Positions 38,915-48,953 of a stretch of DNA of 64,000 nt are shown here, piece after piece. Numbering within the stretch: the stretch's first letter is position 1; the number at the start of each line of letters is the position of its first letter. Below the pieces are notes generated by a model. It searched no databases. It saw only the letters and a list, made by a program, of their open reading frames with translations, and was not told the origin of the DNA. Position numbers and translations under genes: made by a program. The DNA comes from Eledone cirrhosa. Its lineage: Eukaryota. The stretch lies in NCBI GenBank assembly GCA_964016885.1, contig OZ024741.1, forward strand, positions 66,216,001 to 66,280,000, read 5' to 3'.

Positions 38915-39262
38915 ACATTTATTATAATGCTCGGTGTGTTTGTAAACTAAGAGTGAGAAATAAAATTTCGTTTCATTTTTTCCGTTTATCGTTTTCGGTA
39001 CCCCGGCCGATTAACTCACTCGATATGCAAATTAGGCTGCTCGGCCGTTAATATGCATAAGGAAAGTAAATACTTTCAGACGTTCAACCATCTGGCAGGA
39101 AGGTATACGTTGCTGACGATAGCTAATAAGCTTGAAACTAGTACAGCGTTCCTTTGTCAGTGTTGAACAAATGAGCAACGATGGTTGCTAGACACTGTAC
39201 GGCTTAATTCGGGATGTTTACAAACACACCGAACATTATAATAAATGTTCGGTGAATCCATA
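38915..39262 (+). mobile_element. Penelope-like terminal repeat or retrozyme-like unit with 33-bp inverted ends
   Basis: 38915-38947 is the reverse complement of 39216-39248 (1 mismatch); internal hammerhead; AATAAA; (TA)n downstream. Confidence 0.6.
39108..39148 (+). ncRNA. Minimal type I hammerhead ribozyme, intact core
   Basis: cgttg-CTGACGA-t-agct(aata)agct-t-GAAA-ctag-TA-cagcg. Confidence 0.75.
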
Positions 39263-39286
39263 CGTACATATATATGTGTGTGCATG

Positions 39287-39328
<42 letters not shown>

Positions 39329-39711
39329 CTACTGTACGTCTGTATACATATATGTATGTACGTATACATACTTATATTTAAGTTTTAGAATGCATAAAAT
39401 TAAACTATGAATGAATTAGACAGGAAACATTTTTTTCCCTCTTTTCTTTTTCTAATGCTGGTACCGCTCTTATTTCCTGACGGAAGAAAATTTCTTGTGA
39501 CGAATTTTACTAAACGTCTTTTTCTTCCTTTACAAGCTGGTGGGCTGTCGCTATCATTTCTTACCCTCCCAAGAAATCATGTTAGAAGCAGAATTGATAG
39601 AGTGTGGGATAAGATGTCATTGCTTTATTTGTTCTAGGCTTTTATCTTCTGAGTATTCCACCGAGGCCAACTTTACCATTCATTCTTCCAAAGTTGATAA
39701 AACAAGTACAC

Positions 39712-40380
39712 TGTTAGTGACTCTTTTGCTTCTTCCCACATCCTGGATGCTGCGGTTAGGGCGAGAGTCACAACTTCCGCAGCCGAGCGGAGTAAGACCC
39801 TCAAATACTCTGATCTGTCGGCCAGCTACATTTTTCATCCTGTGGCTTTCGAGGACGATGGGGGGGGGGGGGGGGGGGGGCTGACTGCGAGGTTCCTCTT
39901 TTCACTGGCGGCTCGCCTAATAGAGGTAACTAGCGAATCTCGCGAGGGCGCTTGGCTGTTTCAGCGCATCAGCCTCGCCGTGACTCGAGGCAACGCTGCG
40001 AGTGTGCTGGTTTGCCTCAAAAATCATTAGAGAGGTTGTTGCCCAGTACCCCCTCGCTGCTGTCTTTTTCTCTGGTGTTGACTCCGTTGTTCACCCCTTC
40101 CTTTATATTTTCTTTAATATTGCAACATTAAAGGAATATATCCTTCTGAAAGAATCGTGAGCAATTTATAATGTTATCTAACCATTTGTAATGTTATTTA
40201 TGTATGTATTTAAAACATATTTGTTATGTTATTCTACTGTAAATTTATTTATATGGTCTGTTTATATTTTCATTCTGAAAGAATTGCAAATAATTTGTAA
40301 TGTTATTTATACAACTGTGAATAAAACCTTCTTAATAGATTTATAATGTTATCTAAGCATTTGTAATGTTATTTACTAGT
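39712..40380 (+). mobile_element. CRE-clade non-LTR retrotransposon 3' fragment (restriction-like endonuclease) and 3' UTR
   Basis: DSFASSH..AAERSKTLKYSDL..YIFHPVAFE..AWLFQRISLAVTRGNAASVL; frame broken at a G run. Confidence 0.8.
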
Positions 40381-41294
40381 ACTGGTCAAATACTGAGGTC
40401 GATATAATCAACTTTGCCCTTTCCCTTCAAAATGCTGACTTTCTGCCTACTACACTGGGATAATTGCTGGCCTTGTGCCAAATTAGAAATAATTATTATG
40501 ATTTTTACTTGTATTTCATTTGATTTAACCCCCCCCCCCCCTCTCCTCGCTGTATTTATCTTTATTATTCTCCTTGGCCAAAAATGCAGCCTATTTCCGG
40601 CGAGAAATAACGAAATAGTGAAAATATGGCTTAACAAGAGCATATCATTCTAATTTATTTTTGTATAATTTGCCACTCGAAAAACATTTTACACAGGCCG
40701 ACATATTCGTTTCGTTATGCATGCGTACATGTACGTACATATGCACACACATACACACTATATTTATACATATACACATTTAGAAGACAGGTTAAAATGC
40801 GTTGTCAGTTAATGTGGTTAACTGGGCACTTAACCTTATCGTTAATACATTAACAAACTAATTTGTTAATAATACAGCAGTAGTTAAACAAGGCGGGAAG
40901 TCATAGTCGAAAATTATATATATATATATATACATATTATTCTTTTACCTGTTCCAGTCATCCGGTTGAGGCCATGCTGGGGCACCGCCCTTGAATATAT
41001 ATATACACACATATATAAATGTAAGTATGCATACGTACACACATATATAAAAAAAAAACATACACACACACACATATATATATATATTGTGTGGTGTGTA
41101 TATATTTTTAGAAAATCTCAAACACAGAAAATAACAGGAAACTGTCGATTGCTATAAATAACTTAGAAAATTGGATAAAAACCACGATAGACTGAAAAAA
41201 GTGGCCAGCAGCCGCTAGGAAGAATCGAACCACTTGCACGTTAATTTCGTGAGCAGGTTATTCCCTTGATCGAATGACTGGAACAGACTAACTG

Positions 41295-41464
41295 AACACA
41301 CGTGCTTTTTCTTCTGTTTCTTCCTCTTCTCACTATTTCTTCTGATATTCGTCATTATATATTCTGATGAAGGACTAGTGTCCAAAACGTTAAGTCTTTT
41401 CCTACAATATCAAGCGTTAAATTGTTTCTTCATTGTACTGTATTGTTTATTTTGTTGTATGTAA

Positions 41465-41465
<1 letters not shown>
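41295..41465 (+). mobile_element. Penelope-like terminal repeat with degenerate hammerhead
   Basis: CTGATGA-aggac-tagt-gtcc-AAAAcgtt (GAAA mutated); ends at (TA)n. Confidence 0.55.
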
Positions 41466-41499
<34 letters not shown>

Positions 41500-41879
41500 T
41501 ACATATGATGCGTGTGCGAGGGAACTGGAAGACGACACAAGAAGCCCTACATTTGTCCCCCTACATTTTGTACTAATTCCCATATCCCTCTTACTATCAT
41601 ATGCGTATTCATTTTGTTGTAAAAATAAATATATAGCAGTCTATCAGATGCATTGCAGATTAGCATCCCCCCCCCCCCCACACACACAGAGTTAAATGTT
41701 GACCCTCAATGCCTCTCCCTCATGATGTAATGTCACTTTTGAATCCTTAAGTTTCAGACCTATATTGTCTATATTACTCTCATCATATATTCCATCTATC
41801 GCTCAGTTGTTTCTCTGCCCTGTTATTTCAAACTACACTGATAGACTATGTCTACAGAAGGATACTGACAAAAAGAAGC

Positions 41880-42575
41880 TGTGGGTATTGTGCGGTGGCC
41901 GGAGGCTGGGGAGTGCTCGACCGGAAGAGTGCTTGACCGGAAGGGTGCTTGGCCGGAAGGGTACTCGACCGGAAGGGCCAGCAGGTCTGTCTCTCTCTAG
42001 GGTGGTCAGCGAACGTGGTGGACGTCAGTCTTGGAGCTCCCGGTTAACGAGTTGGATTGTACGCACGTGGGAGAGGAGAAACCAGCCATTGGATTAGTGG
42101 TGCTAGCGAAAGCGGTAAGTGAAGTAGCTTTTTCTAACCACAAGCTATTTCGGCACTGGAAACTGAGATCTGATTGATCAAAAAAAAAAAGAAGTTTCTC
42201 GAAAACAAAGCTACTGGAAAAACAGAGAGGAGTCTGTTGTTTTTTATTACTTACCGCAAGACAAAATTAGGATATGGCGATGAGATTACGAATAAGCGGA
42301 GAAGCGATTAGGGCATTTACCGATGAAGGCGATGTTGTCGCTTGGCTGCGAAAAGTCCGGCTGGTCACAAGCTTACAGAAGATAGAAGATGTGGCTGGCC
42401 TCATGGCACTGTACCTCGAGGGGGATGCGTTGGCACTCTTCCTAGAGATGGATGAACACAGCCAAAGGGATGCGCAAAAAATTGAGAGACGCATGATGGA
42501 AGCGTTCGCGGAAGGACCGTTAGCCGCTTTTGCTAAGCTGGCAGGGATTAGATGGAACAGTAAACGCGTTGACAT
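41880..42575 (+). mobile_element. Gypsy LTR retrotransposon: putative LTR, PBS and gag N-terminus
   Basis: TG-start GC-rich segment, tggtgctagcg PBS-like at 42098, ORF GDVVAWLRKVRLV..LYLEGDALALF. Confidence 0.7.
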
Positions 42576-42576
42576 T

Positions 42577-43200
42577 TTACGGCAATACTCCGCACTTCAC
42601 CTCCTCTTTCCAGGGAAGCAGTATGCCCTCCTCAATCCATCTCTCTACCTCTCGCTCGAACTCGCTCCTAATGTCTCCCTTCAATGTGTGTTGATAGCAG
42701 CCCACTTTGGTCTTCAGTGTTGGTGGTTCTCCCTTCCAGTACCACTCAACAACCCATCGTTGCCCATCGAACACGGCCTTGAAGTCTTTGTCCTGCACAG
42801 TGTAAGCGGGGTATTTCTCCTCGTGGGCCTTCTGGTTATCCTGTCGCGTACTCACAGTGCATACCGATGCAGCGCCGCCAAACGACACACCGACGTTGTT
42901 CACTGTGACGCCTAGACGGCCAATTGCGTCGATCCCATCCACCACGTTGTCGACTACGATGGCAGAAAGCCTTATTTCCTTTCCCCGTACCTCCATCTCC
43001 ACCTCGCTGCGACCTCGGCATTCAATTTTCCTACCGTCGACTGCCCTTACGCTGCTCTTCCCTCTCCACCTCTGCGCCACCCCGCGGTCACCAGTGTCGT
43101 CGTATAGCCCGTGTCCACGAGGGCTCGCTGTGGCTTTCCTCTCACGAAAACTTTCACCACGGGCAGCGCCTCTACTCGTAAGAGGAAACTACCGGCGCAT
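42577..43200 (-). mobile_element. Gypsy pol fragment (aspartic protease to start of RT), inverted relative to gag
   Basis: Minus strand LPVVKVFVRGKPQRALVDTG, then FDGQRWVVEWYWK..FEREVERWIEEGILLPW. Confidence 0.8.
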
Positions 43201-46200
43201 TTCGATTGTTTGTATACGCGATCATTGTTTTAGTCACAATCCAAGTCTCGTCTTCGTTGTCTGATATAGTTTAGGTATTAAATGCAACGTCTGTAATTCC
43301 ACATCCAAAGACATTGAATCACGAGAACAAACAATGAAATATTTAAAATGTCATAAATTTAATAATAGTGAATGGGAGAAATGAAAAATTGCATACATAC
43401 ATACTGGTCGTTTGCTCAATTCAAAGCTTGATCACTCATCACTACATAATGTTCAGCTCTGGCATGAGACCTTATGTGGCTTTTTAGATCAGACATGCTT
43501 TTAAAAAGCCGTCCACACACACAAATACATACACAAAAGCGTACACACAAATACATACATTCTGGTTGTCTGTTCAATACAAATCTTGACCACTTCAGTG
43601 TACTTGATGCTCAGTTCTGGCATGAGATCTCGTGGCTTTTTAGACGAGACATACGTTTAAGAAGCCGTCCACATAGTTTTGGTGCAGCTTGTACTGCCTG
43701 TATATCTTGATGAACCTTGAAATGTCTCTTTAGACCTTGAGATTTGCAGATCTTGTGACATTGATAAGGGTGAACACACACAGATAGATAGATAGATAAC
43801 AACACGAACCAGTTAATGAAAGAAAGTCGAGTGTCACGCCCTCGTTCATATGCTGAATTAGAAATGTATTACGGTATTTACCTTTATTCTGGGTTTAAAT
43901 ATTGTCGGTGGTGTTGATAGAATAAAAAGAAATATGCAGAAATCATTACAATATGTATGAAATGTGGAGTGCGTAACTAAGGTGTTCGGCTCATGTTTAA
44001 AGCACTGCCTGCGAGTTCGTATAAAACGAACTGTTGACGAAGGACCTTTACTGCAGACTTGTTATTGAACTCAAGTGCAGGAAGGGAACTTTCGGTGAGG
44101 CGAAATACAAGACCTGAATTTTAGGTGCAGATTGATCTTTCTTATGTTTGTAATGTTTGTTATACAATAAAGAACAGTTCGACGAATCACCATTTATTAT
44201 TTTGCGTATAGCTTAACTAAAGCTATCGGAGAATTATAGGTAGAATGTCTTTGATCTTAGGTTTGCTCGATCAAGGCTGACCTGGGGCTATACAACAATA
44301 ACTCACTTTATACATACCCTCACAACAACAACGAAATTCCTCTCCAACGTTCCTTCTCTCAGTGAACACAGCATGCCCAACGGTTAAGAGGTTCGCTTCG
44401 TAATCATTAGGTTTAAGGCTTAATACTACTAGGTGGAATCTTGGGGAAGTATTATTTACTATAGCTTCGGGTCGACCCATGCCTAGTGAGTGAAACTGGG
44501 TAGACGTTTGTAAGCCACCCATTAGACTGACTGTATCTGTAATTCAAAAAGCCAGCTTTGTCATAACACTGTATCACACCGAAAATTACATTATGAGTAC
44601 ACGTGTCTATGGAATGCTCAGTCACTTACACATGAATTTCACGAGCAGACTGTTCCATTGATCGAACAACTGAAACACTCATCGCCGAAACTGACGGTGA
44701 TCCGTTGAATTATTTGATCCAATACAAGACTGGCTCAACCAGATTCTTACATAAGCAACAAAACCAGGTCGGCATGTAACATTTCATAAAGAATCTGGTG
44801 AAGTCATTACTATATTGAATACTAGACAATACTATCATTGTTATATATATATATTATACGATTACATGTTTGAAGCACTAGTCTTTTTTTGCTTAGAAAA
44901 TTTAATGAAGTTCTTTTTTGTATATTATCTTGTTATTCTGGTTTACAGCCATGATGTAAAGGATCGTCCTTGTGTAATTGTATTACAAAAACAAAAAAAT
45001 GTTTCCTCATTCGGGTATTCAATGAAAGTATGTGGGTAACAACCGGATATTAAGATTTAAATGATTTGCCTCATTTGTACATTGCCCCATAATGAAAAGG
45101 CTTTTTGTTGACAATTTAAGGCCTACTGCCTACCCAGAGGATTTTTCGTCACACATTACCACTAGATATGAATATATGTATATAAAAGTCGTGGGTTAAT
45201 GGACAAAGAAAAAAATCTATATCAATTGAAGTTTCTTTCTAAGTTAAGAAAATAAAACCTTAAATGCAATTATCAACGACGACAACTCCCCACCCCAATT
45301 TCCCAAAACAGGGGAGGTAATTACAGCAAATTAATAAAAGTTGCAGGCTACGGTCAATTAAGGACATAGTCGACTCATGCCGGCTTACTCAATTACTTCA
45401 TATCTCTTAGTGATAATCTCTCTCTCATATATATATATATACACACACACACATGACTATTCATCAGTCTTCAACGCAGACAGAATGGAATGGACTTCCG
45501 TCATTTCCCACGATAAGTAGTTCGATCAATGGAACACTCTGTCTCTAGAAAGAAAGAGATGGCCTTAAAGAGTGTTAGTGACGCGAAGCGGTAAATTTTG
45601 AGGGTGTTTCCATTTTTCCATGCTGGCATAGTGGAAGGGGAATCGGGGATGTGTTCGCTAACATGTGTTGTCTTCAAAACGGGGGGGGGGGGGGCTAGCA
45701 ATATCTGGCAACACGTTGCAGAGGTGTGTCCTTTTTCCTATGCTGTCATGTGTAGGGCGGGGAAGGTGGAATCAGGAATGAGAAGGGGGGGGGGGGATAC
45801 TAGGTAGGAGGCCAAATTCGTAAAGAGTGAGGACTTAAAGTATCGTTATATCCCTCTGCTTGAGTTTCATCCCCTTCGTGTGGGACGGTGAGTCTTCTGT
45901 CGTAAGGTATATTGCCAGTCGATTCGATCTTGTGTCATCTTCCTTCGAGATGTTCAACTTCGTGAGGTCAGCCTTTACCACAGTCCCAAGTTTTCCTTAA
46001 TCTACCCTTTCTACAATTTCCATCAGCTTTGAGTACCTGGCACTTCTTTATGCAGTTGCCATCCTACATATACATGTCCACACCAACACAATCTTTTCTC
46101 TTGTAAATTGTATCTAATTCCTCATAAAGCCAGCGTCTCTCTCTCACATATATATATATATATATATTTAGGTTTGTTGGTTCACCACTGGATAGAACTG

Positions 46201-46309
46201 GTCATTCCGTATGGTCAACCTCCATGTAATATTAGGGAGAGCACTCGACGTAATGCAACTTACCCGTCCTCGTTTGTGTTGTTCGTGGTGCGAGTACGGA
46301 GTTAATTAT

Positions 46310-46680
46310 TATATAATAACAGGAGGCTGGACTGGTGTAATTCCTTAAAAGGTTTATTATACTATGATCATTTCAATGACCGGGTTCAGTATGAATCCGG
46401 TGACATCATCAGGTATTCGAAATTTAACAAAGGAATATAATAGACAAAATCCATGGGGCTGAAAAGCAGAGACAGGAGGGCGACCGAACATTTAGCAGCT
46501 TCCAGCCCGGTCAGCCGCCCTCCTGTCTCTGCTTTTCAGCCCCATGGATTTTGTCTATTATATTCTTTTTCAAATACCTGATGATGTCACCGGATTCATA
46601 CTGAGCCCGGTCACTGAAATGATCATAGTATAATAAACCTTTTAAGGAATTACACCAGTCCAGCCTCCTGTTATTATATA
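46310..46680. repeat. Inverted Penelope-like terminal repeats (~170-bp arms), each with a hammerhead
   Basis: Arms 46310-46482 and 46516-46680 nearly perfectly complementary; atac-CTGATGA-stem-GAAA-tgatca-TA-gtat at 46574-46631, mirror at 46359-46416. Confidence 0.85.
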
Positions 46681-46695
46681 TATATATATATATAT

Positions 46696-46873
46696 AAGTA
46701 GTAACACAACAGTTAGTTCACTATACCGAGAACAATTGTTTCACCTTATGCGCATAAGGTGAAACAATTGTTCTCGGTATGGTGAACTAACTGTTGTGTT
46801 ACTACTTCTACCAAACTCGTCTCATGGACTGAGTGCTCTACCACTACGGATATTACCTTCCAGTTTTCTACCT
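46696..46873 (+). mobile_element. Penelope-like 3' terminus (same family as 20541-20680) with spacerless 112-bp palindrome
   Basis: 46696-46807 palindromic about 46751/46752; 46752-46873 matches the reverse complement of ~20543-20660. Confidence 0.85.
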
Positions 46874-47764
46874 CTCTCTCTATATATATATACATATATA
46901 AGTGTCCTGCGTGGCTAAGATCATACAAAATGAATTTAAAAAGGTGGACGAAGACAACGAAAAAACTAACGAAGCATAAGACAGTCCCTTCACATCACAC
47001 ACACCACTGATTTAGTGTGCGAAATTGCACGCCAACAACGGCTGACGAGGTAGCGATGCAGTTGTTCGTCTTAAGTAACTGTTTTCCTATGTCCATCGTT
47101 TGGTGTATGTGTATATACATACACACTCATATACACACAAACGTGCACGCAAAACATACAACTTAATGCCAATAGGTAGTCAGTTTGGTTAGAAATAGCA
47201 AGGTTGTTTCCTTTTAAATCACACCTCACCCTCTATATACACATTTTTAAAAAAATAGATCCGCCCGTTAAGAAGTAACTTTTCATTTGTGAAAAGCAAT
47301 AGTCATTTCATTTAAAATACCCCGAATAGTATGATATAATTGTTATATACATTTTTTCATATGTTGTTTTCTTTTTATAAATAATTTCACAACACATACG
47401 CACTCACTGACAGGCGTTACACATACATAAATACTTTGGACATAAGAATAAGATCAACAAAAATATATTTAACGAGTAGTTTGTCTAGCTTCTGTTTCGT
47501 CTGTGTCTAAAAATATTAAGTCATGTCATCCTGTCAAAGGGATACAAATATAAATACGTTAGGCTCTCCTTTCACATGTTATATAGTGAGGTTTCTACAA
47601 GCACTATTAGTATATAAACATAATTTACGTTTAAAAAAAAGAAAGGAAAAAAGACTCGCACATTCAATCAAGCATCACGGGACGCTGAAGTATTCCTCTA
47701 AGATTTGTTAAGGCAATTGCCGACAATTCCTGGTATTTTAAAACAACAGTAATCATAACGTTAA

Positions 47765-48270
47765 TAATTGTTTCTACTTTTGGCACAAGGTCAGCAATTA
47801 TCCCAGTGTATTACTGGTACTTTATTTTATCGACCCCCGTAAGAATGAAAGGCAAAGTTAACCTCGGCGGGATTTGAACTCAGAATGGCAATAATAATGG
47901 TTTCTAAGGCCAGTAATTTGGAAGGGGAAGTCGATGACATCGACACAGTTTTTGACTGGGAATTTATTTTATTGACCCTGGAAGGAAAATTGGCGAAGTT
48001 GACCTCGACGGGATTTGAACTCAGAACATAAAGAGCCGGAATAAATACCGCTAAACATTTGTCCGACCGCCCTTCATAGTCGTAATAATAATTATTTCTA
48101 CTTTTGGCACAAGGCCAGCAATTATCTCAGTGTATTACTGGTACTTAATTTTATCGTAAGGATGAAAGGCAAAGTTAACCTCGGCGGGATTTGAACTCAG
48201 AATGGCAAGGGCCGTAACTCTATGCGTCAAAGCATGGCGTCCGACCCTCTACCGATACTGCCAATCCACA
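47765..48270 (-). mobile_element. Cluster of three nested/tandem tRNA-SINEs
   Basis: Repeated tgtttctacttttggcacaagg..gatgaaaggcaaagttaacctcggcgggatttgaactcag. Confidence 0.8.
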
Positions 48271-48665
48271 ATAATAATGAAGATATACAGTATACATATA
48301 TTGGTAAATACATACAGGCGTAAATATTTTTCTGGTTACGGGATCGTAGATGTATGTATGAATGGAGAGATGAATGTGTGAAATTTCAGTATATGCCTGA
48401 AATGACATGCTTTAGAAATATGTAGGTATATATAGAGAGGGAGGGGGGAGAATGAAAAGTCTGTTACTCTCTGTTCATGACATACATTCAATCATAAACA
48501 TAAAAATGAGACTTCGCACATTTTGTTTAGTGGTTGTAACCCGAGACAAATTGAAAAAGGGGCAAGCAATGAAATATAAATATATAAACATCCTCTGCGA
48601 TAAATGCTATGTCCGGCCAAACTCGGATTTCCTTTCCTAACTGGAGAAAGAAACTGAATCCAACC

Positions 48666-48711
<46 letters not shown>

Positions 48712-48831
48712 CAATGAAAAAAAAAAAATACTAAAGTACTAAAACACTCCATATAGGCATTGCAAATAGAATACTTATTAAATGAATCCTCCCAACCAAG
48801 TAAACATTGTTACATATATATATAAGAGAGA

Positions 48832-48953
<122 letters not shown>

